Shown piece after piece: positions 28,117 through 40,760 of a stretch of 64,000 nt of DNA; position 1 is the stretch's first letter; each line of letters opens with the position of its first letter. The position numbers and the translations under genes were made by a program. The notes beneath the pieces are model-generated. The model was not told the origin of the DNA. It did no database searches and worked only from the letters and a program-made list of their open reading frames with translations. The stretch is from Octopus bimaculoides. Its lineage: Eukaryota. Where the stretch lies: NCBI RefSeq assembly GCF_001194135.2, contig NC_068981.1:101953681-102017680 (forward strand). Direction: 5' to 3'.

Positions 28117-28729
28117 AATGAACTCAACTGTAGAAATGATATTACTTAGTATCAGTTTAATACCAAAAAGTGAAAGGGAGGGCTAGAGGAAGGGAGAAAG
28201 AAAGGAAAAGAGAGAGAGCGAGAAAGATAAAGGGAGAAAAAGAGAGTGAGATAATAAATTAAGTAAAAAAAGTTGTAAAATTGATGAAAATAATGGCATC
28301 CATTCAGGTGTTTTTGCCATGTTTCTATAATATATTCTAAGATTAATTCAAGTAATAAGTTCTGCAAACAATTGCAATTTATTTCCATCCCATCTGTACC
28401 AACGTTTGTGAATTCCAATAAAGACTATATATGAATAAGAATTTCTATGAGAGGACTGCAGCAATAAATAAATAAATGAAATGCCACAGGGTCAATTTAT
28501 GTGGGGGAATAGGAAAAGTATTGATTTATTTGACTTCAGAATATTACTGGTATGCATTATTGCTTTTGAAGCTGAAAATATTTAAAGCAAAGTTACTTTC
28601 ATTGAGTCAGTACATACAGATGGAAGGAATTTAATTCAAATTTTCTAACTCTGATACCTTCACTATAATGGTTTCTGACTTAGGCATAAGGTCACTTATT
28701 TGAGGAGAGGGGATGAGAATATATTGGTT

Positions 28730-28935
28730 TCAAATTTTGGCACAAGGTCAGTAATTTGGGGAGAGGGGTAAGTCAATTACAGAAACTCCAGTACTCAACT
28801 GGTATTTATTTCACTGACTCTGAAAGGATGAAAGGCAAAGTCAACCTCAGTAGAATTTGAACTCAGTACATGAAGACGGATGAAATGCCACTAAACATTT
28901 TGCCTGGTGTGCTAACAATTCTGCCAGATCATTAC
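28730..28935 (-). mobile_element. SINE family C
   Basis: GGTTTCAAATTTTGGCACAAGG...AAAGGATGAAAGGCAAAGTCAAC. Confidence 0.75.
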
Positions 28936-29321
28936 CTTAAGGGGTTAGTCAATATTATAAAAACTTATTATTTGATTGATATTTTATTGCATAGCTCCTA
29001 GAGGTGTGAAAGGCAAAGTTCACTTTGGTGGGATTTCAATTCAGATTGAAAAGAGCTAGAGCAAATACCACAAAGCACTTTTTCTGACTTTCTGATGATT
29101 CTGCCTATAATAGAATATCTTTGTTTCTTACTGAGGCAAAACGCTGAATCACTCTCATGTTCCTCTATACCTCCTCCCATTCCCCCATCTTTATCATCAT
29201 TGATAGGTTTTAATAAGCATGGCTGTGTGATTAAGGTGAAGAAGTTTGCCTTGCAACTCATACAGTTCCAAGTTCAATTCCACTGGGTCACTTCTGACAA
29301 CTTTGGTTCTTTTCTCTAAAT

Positions 29322-29365
<44 letters not shown>

Positions 29366-30215
29366 NNNNNNNNNNNNNNNNNNNNNNNNNNNNNNNNNNN
29401 NNNNNNNNNNNNNNNNNNNNNNNNNNNNNNNNNNNNNNNNNNNNNNNNNNNNNNNNNNNNNNNNNNNNNNNNNNNNNNNNNNNNNNNNNNNNNNNNNNNN
29501 NNNNNNNNNNNNNNNNNNNNNNNNNNNNNNNNNNNNNNNNNNNNNNNNNNNNNNNNNNNNNNNNNNNNNNNNNNNNNNNNNNNNNNNNNNNNNNNNNNNN
29601 NNNNNNNNNNNNNNNNNNNNNNNNNNNNNNNNNNNNNNNNNNNNNNNNNNNNNNNNNNNNNNNNNNNNNNNNNNNNNNNNNNNNNNNNNNNNNNNNNNNN
29701 NNNNNNNNNNNNNNNNNNNNNNNNNNNNNNNNNNNNNNNNNNNNNNNNNNNNNNNNNNNNNNNNNNNNNNNNNNNNNNNNNNNNNNNNNNNNNNNNNNNN
29801 NNNNNNNNNNNNNNNNNNNNNNNNNNNNNNNNNNNNNNNNNNNNNNNNNNNNNNNNNNNNNNNNNNNNNNNNNNNNNNNNNNNNNNNNNNNNNNNNNNNN
29901 NNNNNNNNNNNNNNNCAGTATATAATATATAATTTTATTATAGTTCTTTTTAGTGTATTTACTTATTAAATTTTTCTATAAGTGACTGTGGATTTTCATG
30001 AATGAGTTCATGAACTTTGGTTCTTTTCTCTAAATTATATATGTCAGTAAATGGTGAGGTTGTGTTAACCATACGTGGAGAAATAATAGGAAAATAAAAA
30101 ATAATAACAATAATGCAGAATGCTAAACTGAAAGCATATTTTAATATAGATGTGTATAAGGAGGATTAAAAAGGATTTCTAACCAGCTTTCATTGCATGG
30201 CAAATTTTCAAGAAG

Positions 30216-30816
30216 AGGGAAAATGAAAATAATGTTTCTTTACAAAAATACAAAAAAATATATAAAAAAATAAATATACCAATACATTATATTGTCTTTG
30301 AGCTTTTAAAGTTCAGTGGTAATCCATGTAGATAATTGTTAGATAGATTAGGATGCATGCAATTAAGAATGGTGTTGTGTTTAAAAACAGGCTGAGAGTT
30401 TATGTGTTAAACAGGAAGTGTGGTGTCAAAACAGGAAGTGTGTGTAAGGGAAGACAATTCTCTGGGTTTTATACTCTTTTGTTGGAGTTCTGGACTCTTT
30501 GTCAACAAGACGTTTATGTCTGTTCTTAGAGAAACAAGAAGTAAGTTTATATGTATTTCATTGGGTAGGCGAGAGAAGGGAATATGGTCATTGCGGAGTT
30601 TGTATGTTAAGAAGTGTTTGGAATTTCTCTATAAAAAGATTCTCCTTGTTGATTCTTTCTTGTGTAGAAATTCTGTCTTTACATTGATAGAAAGGGAATA
30701 TAAGGAATTTAGGGTTTTTATTTCTGGCGCAAGAAAGACAATATAATGTATTGGTATATTTATTTTTTTACATATTTTTTATTTTTTTGTAAAAAACATT
30801 ATTTTCATTTTCCCTC
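30216..30816 (-). mobile_element. Penelope-like element 3' end / pseudo-LTR with inverted partial repeat
   Basis: Minus 30731-30585 reads CARNKNPKFLIFPFYQCKDRISTQERINKENLFIEKFQTLLNIQTPQ*, resembling the R..KE..FI..F..LLN end of PLE GIY-YIG domains. An ~85-bp inverted repeat links 30216-30299 and 30735-30816. Confidence 0.65.
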
Positions 30817-31124
30817 NNNNNNNNNNNNNNNNNNNNNNNNNNNNNNNNNNNNNNNNNNNNNNNNNNNNNNNNNNNNNNNNNNNNNNNNNNNNNNNNNNNN
30901 NNNNNNNNNNNNNNNNNNNNNNNNNNNNNNNNNNNNNNNNNNNNNNNNNNNNNNNNNNNNNNNNNNNNNNNNNNNNNNNNNNNNNNNNNNNNNNNNNNNN
31001 NNNNNNNNNNNNNNNNNNNNNNNNNNNNNNNNNNNNNNNNNNNNNNNNNNNNNNNNNTATATATATATATATATATATTTGTTTGCCTAACCCTCAATAT
31101 GTGAATGTGCATATCTATTGTTTA

Positions 31125-31732
31125 TACCTTTTATATTTTGTTTTAGTCATCAGACTGTGGCCATGCTGGAGCCTTGAATAATATTAGTTGAATAAATGAA
31201 TTCCAGTGCTGTTTTTTTTAACCATTTAGCATTTAAACTGGCCATATCTGGTCAAAATACTATGTTTTATGTTTAAATAAGACAGATCCGATCTCTCATA
31301 CCTACTCTACAATGTCATTCTACAAATAAACAATCACATAATCAAATTCTCAAAACTATGAGATACTGCATGCTTAATTCAAAACAGTGTGAATAAATAA
31401 AGCGTTACTTTTGATAGAATAATCTGAATGCTAAAGGATTAGGCTTGGTATTTATTCTATCAGTCTCTTTTGCCATACTGCTAAGGTACAGGAACATAAA
31501 CATACCAACACCGGTTGTCAAGTGATGATAGGAGACAAACACAGACACACACACACACATATATATATATACAATGGGCTTCTTTCAGTTTCTATCTACC
31601 AAATCTACTCAGAAGGACTAGGTTGGCCAGAGGCTATAGTAGAAGACACTTGCCCAAGGTGCCATATGGTGGAACTGAACCCCAAAGCATGTAGTTTGGA
31701 AGCTAACTTCTTACCACACAGTCACACCTGTG
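31125..31732 (-). mobile_element. SINE family A interrupted by a MITE
   Basis: Tail at 31125-31215 and remainder at 31443-31732 are collinear with 25752-26165. Confidence 0.75.
31222..31438. mobile_element. piggyBac-type MITE family 1
   Basis: TTAA|CCATTTAGCATT ... AATGCTAAAGGA|TTAG. Internally similar to 18027 and 4194. Confidence 0.8.
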
Positions 31733-31984
31733 TGAAAGATATATAAACACAGATGGTAAAAAGCCAATAAACTGGCACTTGTGAACTGTGATATTCATTT
31801 TGTCCAAGTTGCCTAGACAAACCCTTCTCACTCTTGCCATCATAGGTACCAGTGACTGGCTAGGTGGACCAGTGGCTGCCTAGTTGGAAACCTGTAACCA
31901 GTGATGCTATTATTTACAAAGGAAATATAAAATAAACAAATGAGACAAAATAGTTACTGAAATAGATCAATAATAATCCTTTCT

Positions 31985-33090
31985 ACTAAATGTACAAGGT
32001 CTGAAATTTTTGGGGCTGGGGTACTAGCCGATTACATCCATCCTAATATCAAACTGGTACTTAATTTATCGACCCTGAAAGGATAAAAGGCAAAGTCAAC
32101 TTTGGTGAAATTTGAACTCAGAACACATGAAATACTACAATGCATTTTGCCCAGCATACTAACGATTCTGCCACCTCACTGTCTTAAATATAATAATAAT
32201 AATAATGGTTTCAAATTTTGACACAAGGACAGCAGTTTTGGGGAGGGGATAAGACGATTAAATCAACCCTAGTGCTCAACTATACCAACCCTAAGGAGAT
32301 GAAAGGCAAAGTTCACTTTGGTGGAATTTGAACTCAGTATGTAAGGACGGATGAAACGCTGCTAAGCATTTTGCCCCTTGGGTGTTAACGATTCTGCCAG
32401 TTTGCCACCTTAATAACAACAACGACATTGTAATATTTGGTCTCCTTTTCCTGCAATATATCACTGTTATTCATAAGTAACATCAACAGTAAAACACCCA
32501 ACTTGCTGTTACTTGAGGCCTTTGGGTGAGACTTGGAACAGCTCATATAAAACAAGGCAACAACAACAACAACAACAACAAAAAATACTAATAATTCTAC
32601 TACATACACAAGGCCTGAAATTTGATGGGAGGGGTTAGTCAATTACAATGATCCCAGTGCTTGACTGATACTTATTTCATTGACTCTGAAATGATAAGAG
32701 GCAAAGTTGACCTCAGCAGGATTTGAACTCAGAACATAAAGGCAGACAAAAAACCCACTAAGCATTTTGTCCAGCATGTTAATAATTCTATCAGCTTGCT
32801 GCCTTAACAAAAATACTACTAGTAATAATTGTTTCAATAATAATTTATTAGATTGGCTGAAGGCCACAAAACCCCCAACCAAAGCTAATTATTAATAATA
32901 GGAATTAGTTACATTGGCACAGGACCAGAGATTGTAGGGGAAGGGTGTAGTTGGTTGAATCAATCTTAGTATAAGAATGACATGAAAGGCACAGTCAATC
33001 TTGGTGGTTTTCGAACTTCCGAGTGGAGAAGGACATTATTAGGTATACAGGTCATTTAGTCCAACACCCTATCATTTCTTCACTCCATTG
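31985..33090 (-). mobile_element. four family C SINEs in the same orientation (about 31985-32180, 32205-32410, 32590-32805, 32910-33090)
   Basis: Each carries the AAAGG(A/C)AAAGT..AC.T....G.ATTTGAACTC core in reverse orientation. They are separated by (AAT)n or (AAC)n tracts. The last copy is very degenerate. Confidence 0.7.
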
Positions 33091-33512
33091 CCTTTGATAA
33101 CTATAATAATAATAATAATGATAATAATAATAATTATTATTATTATTATGACATATAATCTTGGCACTAAGCCCACAAAACTGTAGGGATGGAATATAGT
33201 TCATTCAATCAACCTCCGTGAATTAATATGGAAGACTCTTGCATATGTAATATTGGGAGATTATTTATATAGTTAGAATACAAAACTCCTCTTTAGGAGG
33301 TGGAAGGTCTTTAAAATCTAAAATAAGAGACCATCAAGGAAGATAACTCCAATAAGATCAGCTGATCAAAGTTTTTGCACAATAGAGACATAATATATAT
33401 TATATATACTGTCCAAGAATTTCAGTCAAGTTTATTGGAGTCAACTGCCTTGTTTCAATCATTAATTATGATAGACTCAGCTAACAGTTGAAAACGTTCT
33501 ACGCAACAGCTG

Positions 33513-33546
<34 letters not shown>

Positions 33547-33549
<3 letters not shown>

Positions 33550-34027
33550 GAGAAAGCAACCATACTGTGGGATATGCCAATACACACATATAGAGAAATT
33601 AAGGCTAATAGACCATATATAGTTGTCAAAGATCATGAAGGAAAGAAATGCTTTCTAATTGATGTATCAATACCAGCAGATGACAACGTTTCCCTAAAAG
33701 AAATGGAGAAACTTTCAAAATACAAAGACCTGGAAATAGGGGTAACTTGAATGTGGAATCTAAAAACAGAAACAATTCCTATCATAGTAGGTGCCTTAGG
33801 TATAATAAAAAAATATTCAGACAAATACATAACAAAAACACCAGGATTTACAAATATATATAACATACACAAAATTGCACTACTGGGCACTGCACACATC
33901 CTACACAAAACACTTTCAATACAGTAACCATAAGAGCATCACAGCAAACCACAGCACATACCCAAGGCACACAGAGCTGCGCTCGGTAGTGAAGTGAAAG
34001 CACGTTATAAAAATAAAACTACTGAAT
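33547..34027 (+). mobile_element. R4/Dong-clade non-LTR retrotransposon, 5'-truncated (RLE endonuclease and 3' UTR)
   Basis: 33547-33927 translates ILWDMPIHTYREIKANRPYIVV...FLIDVSIPADDNVSLKEMEKLSKYKDLE...IPIIVGALG...ALLGTAHILHKTLSIQ*. This is a restriction-like endonuclease pattern with RPD changed to RPY and one stop at 33748. Flanked by (TAA)n on both sides. Confidence 0.9.
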
Positions 34028-34047
34028 AATAATAATAATAATAATAA

Positions 34048-34258
34048 TGGTTTCAAATTTTGCCACAAGGGCAGCCATTTTGGGGGAGGGGATGAGTCAA
34101 TTACTTCAACCCTAGTGTTCAACTGGTACTTATTTTATCGACCCCGAAAGGATGAAAGGCAAAGTTGACCTTGACGGAATTTCACCTGAGAATGTAGTGG
34201 CAGACGAAATGCTGCTAAACATTTTGCCTGGTGTGCAAATGATTCTGCCAGCTTGCTG

Positions 34259-34316
<58 letters not shown>

Positions 34317-34860
34317 TCCTTCTAATTTTAGTACAAGGCCAGCAATTTTGAGGAGGTAGGATAGTTGTTTACATTGACCCCCATGTTCAACTAATACTTA
34401 TTTTATTGAACCCAAAAAGATAAAAAGCAAAAGTTGACCTCAGTGGCATTTGAACTTAGAATGTAAAAAGAAGGAAGAAATGTCACTTAGCACTTAGTCA
34501 GATGTACTAATGATCCTGCCAGTTCACCTCTCTAATAATAATAATAGTTCTGATACTGAAAGGAGGGAATCAATAAAATAAATATCATTTAAGTACTAGA
34601 GTTGATGGTTCTGACTAATCCACTATCCTCAAAATTACTGACTTTATGCCTAAATCAGAAACCCTTACTATCAATATTATTATTACTGGCAAGGTGGTGA
34701 GCTGACAGAACTATGAGCATGCTGGACAAAATACTTAGTGGCATTTTGTTTGTTTTCACATTCTGCCGAAGCTGACTTCGCCTTTCATCCTTTTGGGTTT
34801 GATAACATAGGTACTAGTTGAACATTAAACATTGGGGTTGATGTAATTTGAAAGTCAATA
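34048..34860. mobile_element. three family C SINEs (34048-34262 minus, 34320-34530 minus, 34685-34860 plus)
   Basis: Family C core in each copy, separated by (AAT)n or (ATT)n tracts. Confidence 0.75.
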
Positions 34861-35594
34861 TTTTTGATCTAGAAGAGGACAGCAATAAAATGCAACATAC
34901 ATTAGAACACTTAACTAAATGCCTTACAATATTTACTTAAATTTTTCTTGATGTTTTTTAGCCCTTGGAAACTAGTGAAGGATACATATGACTTATGATT
35001 AAAGGCATTCCATCTGTAATCCATCTTTTTTCTTCATATATGATGTATCTAAGACTACATTTTTATGGTCTTCCTTTGTTCACAATCATTGGAGCATGAA
35101 GTGCTCCTCTGGAATGCAGGTTTGAGAGATGGTTGCGATCTGTAAATAGTTCTGAGTTGGAACTGGAAAGAGAAGTATGAACAAGCAATGTGCATGTGCA
35201 CAGTGGATTTGTAAAACAGAAGAGAAAAATAAAAACACAATGAGCTTGTTAAACAAGTTAAATGATGGCCTGCATGCCATATATGACATCACTACACACA
35301 GCTTTGATGCAATTTTCTTGTTTAAAGATATGATTAGAGAAAAATTTGGCTGATATTTCTAGTAAGTCAAGAAACCACATAGAAGCTCTTTCTTTAACTC
35401 ATCTCATTGCTTTACTTTTCTCACTTAAAACATCACAAGAGTTGACTATACCTCATCCCTCTACAGTACCACTTAAACAATGAGGTTATATTCATTTTTT
35501 AAATTTTCATTACTTTTTTTTTTTTTACCATTTAGCTTAAGACAGTTGGACAGTGGGAGGGAAGGAGGGAGGAAGAGAGTTATCTTCCAATCAG

Positions 35595-35682
35595 AGATCT
35601 GTCTGAACCAAGTGCTTGCAATAAAGTGAACTCCACTAAAAGCACACAAGGGTCAGCTGGTGGGGTTAAACCAACTGACATA
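35595..35682 (+). CDS. candidate 88-nt exon DLSEPSACNKVNSTKSTQGSAGGVKPTDI
   Basis: Acceptor TATCTTCCAATCAG, donor ATA|GTAAGT and a single open frame. No homology recognised. Confidence 0.2.
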
Positions 35683-37447
35683 GTAAGTCTGCCCCCAAGA
35701 ACTCAAGACAGAAAGAGTTGCAACAAATACTAGATGACATCTTGAGTGATGCTCTAATTATTCCACCTGTCTACCACTTTGGATTAATACCCTTGGAATA
35801 GTACTTTATTCAACCCCTAAAAGCTGCAAGGCAATACTGACCTTGGCAAGTTTTGAACTCAAGTGTGAAGAGCTGGAAAACATACAATAAACCATTTAGT
35901 TCTGTACTCAAACAATCCACCATATACAATATCCAAAGATGAGAATTTCTTTATCACATGCAACAACATGATGCATATATTGAAGTGTAGTTCGATAGAG
36001 ATCAGAGGTCAGATAGAGAAATTAATATCAGAGTAATATAGTTGACATTAAAAGACTAACAGAATACAGAGTGTTAATTAGACTTAACAGCTTTTCTAGA
36101 TGATCGTTCATTCAAGATGTATATTCCCATATTTCAACAAATCTGTGATGTGCAGTCAATGTAGAAATCAATATTAGTGGTCAAAACAGTGTAATTCACT
36201 GTATTACTCAAACCAGACTTTCTATTGTGCTACTTTCAAATCCTAATGGAGTTGATGCTACCTTTCCATTGTCAGATTTTAAAACAAAATTTATATTAAA
36301 AGAGATTTGCAAACATTAATCTTCATCATGTAGTCACTTCAGCAGGAGACATCCAATGAGAATAATCTGTGGTACACTGCAACAAAATGTAGTTTGCAGC
36401 ATCCATGCTTGTGTGTATCTATGTGACATGTTACACTCTCTCACAGTATGCAGATTGCCTGNNNNNNNNNNCATGTTACACTCTCTCACAGTATGCAGAT
36501 TGCCTGTGTACTGCACCACACACACACACATATCCTAGCATGCATCTAAAAGAAGGCCATTTGACTGATTAGACCAATTAACTTAATATGTTGCAGCTGC
36601 TGGCTCACAAATATGTTGTTTATTCTCTTTGTCTCTTCCGTTGCATTAGCAATGACCTCTGCTCTTCTGAGCTGAATTGCTCTCTCCAGCCAGATCTATT
36701 TATCCTGCTCCAAACTTCACACTAAACATTTCATTCAGTTTTCCCTCCCCAAACTGCAAATCTCTGGAATTTTCTTTCAACTTATGCATCAAGCTAACCA
36801 GTCTTCAACGAAGACATGTTACGATACAGGTAAAGAAATTTGAAAAGAAAATACGAAACCGGTTATTTCTCCAAAAACAATGTTTCTATACTCAAAATTT
36901 TATAACGTTTTTCTAACATAACGATTTAAATATATACTTTAACCATATAACACAAGCCTTCTGTAGTTTTTTCACTTTTTTCTATCTTTTATACATCCAA
37001 CCACGTGCTTTCACATACCAACTTTCTCACANNNNNNNNNNAATCCTAGTCAGTCAACCAAATATTTTAGATGTATTAGAAATTTTAGACAATTTAGGCA
37101 GGCTGCCATTTTGAACATTGACATCTTTATTCCTATATTTATCAACCTCTCATTCTCTTTGTGCCTCCTATATTTATCACGCATAACTTTTTACATGTAA
37201 TCCTTATTTATATGTGATTTTATATTATTTTATACATTTTTATATGCTTTTATATCTCTCCTATATTGTTATGTATGTTTGGTTTTATTCTTTATACCCT
37301 TGGAGAATATGCCAATACATGCTTGATTTATGTTGATGTGTAAAAATATATATGATTCAATTACATTGATTGAATATCTTCATTTATGTGTTTGGGAATT
37401 TGGTTGACTGCCTAGGACTTGCATTTATATTTTCCTCTATTTTGTAT

Positions 37448-37500
<53 letters not shown>

Positions 37501-37724
37501 ATATACATGAGTGTTAGGTTTTAGGAAGGGCATCCAGCCGTAAAAAAAGTGCCAAAATAGACACATAAGTATGGTGCAGGCTTCTGCTTAGCCATCTCCT
37601 GTCAAACTGTCTGTAATGTTGAATTGGTATTCCAGAAGCATGCAGGAGTCGGGCTCCCATTAGAGGCCTACAAAATTTGAAGTAGCACAGAATAAAATCA
37701 AACTTTTCTCAGTATCATCACAGC

Positions 37725-39065
37725 CACAGCACAAATAGCTGATTTGGTCGGTGTATATATATACTTTATGAAATGGCAGAACAGTTCCCAAGCATCAATG
37801 GAGGTCTCTGTCGTGATGATTGTTTACTCTACCTTTCAAAATGTTTCTAACCAAAAAGTACAAAGGGCTTAGAATGGGCTTAGGCATCGTTTTTGATGAT
37901 GATGTAATGAAAGCCAACTTTTTAGATATTACACTTAACTTACACAATAATTCATACTTCCCATACCACAAACCATCAACCAATCTTAAGTATATTAGCC
38001 AATTCAGTAATCATTCTAGGGTAGTAACTAAGAAAGTAGTTAAAAATATTTCATTCAGATTGTTAAGTTATCTGTTAATGTTAACATTTTCAATGACAAG
38101 GCTGAATTTTATAACTCTGCCTTACTTAAAGCAGGGTATACGTTGAAAGTTACTTACATTAATTCTATTCAGTCTTATTCTACCTTTAGTAATGGAGACA
38201 TGAAATCTAGTTGTAATGATATGAACGATACTAATTTTAATTTCGACGCCAACACCAAACAAAGTAAGGTTTTTTTTACAATGTAAGGGAGATAACCATT
38301 ATTTAAAACCCTTTTTTCATTCTAAAAGTAAATCGATGTCTTTTAAAGATAGTTACACTAAAAATAAGGCAACTACTATTTGGTTGATTATTCCTTATGA
38401 GAGGCAAATTAAATCTAATCTTCCTTTCCAGTTCTGTGGAGCTATTATTAAAAATTTTCCAAAGAATTCTAAGTATTACTCGATAATCAACTTGTACATG
38501 GTTAGGATTAGCTTTTCTAACACAAAAAAATCTTTCACAAATTATCTCTTCACATAATATTAGTCTGTTAAATAAGAATCCAATTACTGAAAATAATAAC
38601 ATTAATTTAGCTAATACGAACCATCCCCCTAGAAATATTAACAAGAAGGTTATTGTCTCTGAAATCAATTCCAACAGAATTAAGTTTATGTCTAATAATT
38701 CTAAGACTAAAGACTCTATATACCAGTGTAAAATTACTTCCGGCACTGATGTCTTTTTTTATATAAGTAGTTCTTCTTCTCAATTATCTAAAAGAATTTC
38801 TAATCATTCCTCTACATTTGGGGATAGTAATAAACCCAACAGTACAAGGCTTAGTAAATTAATTTGGTATCTAAAAGATCATAATAACAATCTACTTTAG
38901 ATTGGTTGATTCTCTCCTTTTCATTCCCATACGATAAAGGCAAAGAATTCTGCCAACTCTGTAATAGTGAACTACTTTATATTCTTTTGTCTAAAAGTCC
39001 TCTTGTAAACACGTTTATAGAGCGTGCTTATCGATGTAAACATTGGCAGAAACATATCTTTAGTT
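37725..39065 (+). mobile_element. Penelope-like element remnant: RT C-terminal half, thumb and GIY-YIG endonuclease
   Basis: AQIADLVGVY...INGGLCRDD (GLYRDD-like), ANFLDITLNL...YFPYHKP...YISQFSNH, IWLIIPY...NFPKNSKYYSIIN, IYQCKIT..FFYIS....KRISNH...TRLSKLIWYLK and C-terminal CQLCNSE...CKH. Multiple frameshifts. Confidence 0.85.
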
Positions 39066-39968
39066 CATATAAGTGATATCTACCATTCTATATAATTTGA
39101 ACATTGATTTTCTTCTTACATTTCACTTCCACTAGATATATCTATTTCCAAGCCTTTAAGCTTTTATTTTAATTCACATATCGCTCTGTATTTCCTCTTT
39201 ATTAGTTTTCTGCTTATTTCTTTCCTTTACTCCTTCTCTTTCTATAGGCTACCTTTGACGTTATATCTTCTAGCGGTTTAAAAAAAACAAACTTAATAGT
39301 GTTTCGTTCATCATTATACACATTCATCACATTCTGTTAAAATGTCTTATTGATGAGCTTGGTTTCTNNNNNNNNNNNNNNNNNNNNNNNNNNNNNNNNN
39401 NNNNNNNNNNNNNNNNNNNNNNNNNNNNNNNNNNNNNNNNNNNNNNNNNNNNNNNNNNNNNNNNNNNNNNNNNNNNNNNNNNNNNNNNNNNNNNNNNNNN
39501 NNNNNNNNNNNNNNNNNNNNNNNNNNNNNNNNNNNNNNNNNNNNNNNNNNNNNNNNNNNNNNNNNNNNNNNNNNNNNNNNNNNNNNNNNNNNNNNNNNNN
39601 NNNNNNNATATATATATATATATATATAAAAGATAGGCACATACAATGGTCATTGCATATTTCTTTATAGTAGTAAATTTGACTTTCAACTGTTTCCAGG
39701 TGTCATTATATGTTTATTATTGATAGGTTTACTCAATCAGCCCATTGATCAGTGGAGAAAAAAAATGAATGACCTAGAAAATTAACGCTACTCTCATGAG
39801 AATCCTGGTGTACTAACAGAGCTTATAAAGTATTTTGCCCTGATTGATAATCCCTCACTAATAACTCTCTTTCTCTCTATATATAAATATATATGTACAT
39901 ACATACACATGCATAAACATTTTTCTTCATTACCTATCTGTGTATCTACTATATGTGCATATATGTAT

Positions 39969-40020
<52 letters not shown>

Positions 40021-40760
40021 TAGAGAGAGAGATATAGAGGGAGAGAGAGAGATATAGAGGGAGAGAGAGAGATAATAAAGGAAATTGTCTTTGTGAAAAA
40101 TGTTTCTCAGGTACTTCTTTGATCCCATTTGAGTAAACACAAACACACACAAAATAATGATGATAAAGATAGTTATAATTATTAAGTGTATCTAATACAT
40201 GAATATATTTGCATCTAAACAAAATATTGCTAGATACAATGATTTATCTGCATGAACTTATATATAATATATTCTTCCTGCAGGTTCATGGATGTACACA
40301 AACATACACATATGAATTCAAGCATAAACACATATTCACACAATGATATATGTGCATTTGAGTGATTAAATCTTACAAGAACTCGACAGAGTACATCTCA
40401 ACAAAAACCAAGTGAAGTATATCTCACTAAAAGTGCTTGACCAATAATTATAAACACTTACTGAAGGTCAGCCTCAAGACTTTTAGCCTTACAAAGGAAA
40501 CGACTAAGAACCAAGATATTTGGCGCATAGCTGTACTCAAGAATACTTGTCCGCAACAGCAGATTTGATACTGGTGCAGATGCTACATAAAAAACACCCA
40601 TTACACTCTGTGGAGTGGTTTATGTTAGGGAGGGTATCCTGCTGTAGGAACCATCATCGGACTATAGATAACCAAATTACAACAGGTATATAGTCCATTT
40701 TTTATATTACAGTGTATTGTTGTACCATTCTGAACTTTTTATTCTTTATATATATGTATC

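Noticed and set aside
33105-33150. Palindromic (TAA)n/(TTA)n junction
   Set aside because: Two opposed microsatellite tracts, with no independent structure.
36427-36506. 35-bp exact direct repeat around a 10-N gap (CRISPR-like at first glance)
   Set aside because: Only two copies separated by Ns in a eukaryotic scaffold, consistent with an assembly overlap artefact.
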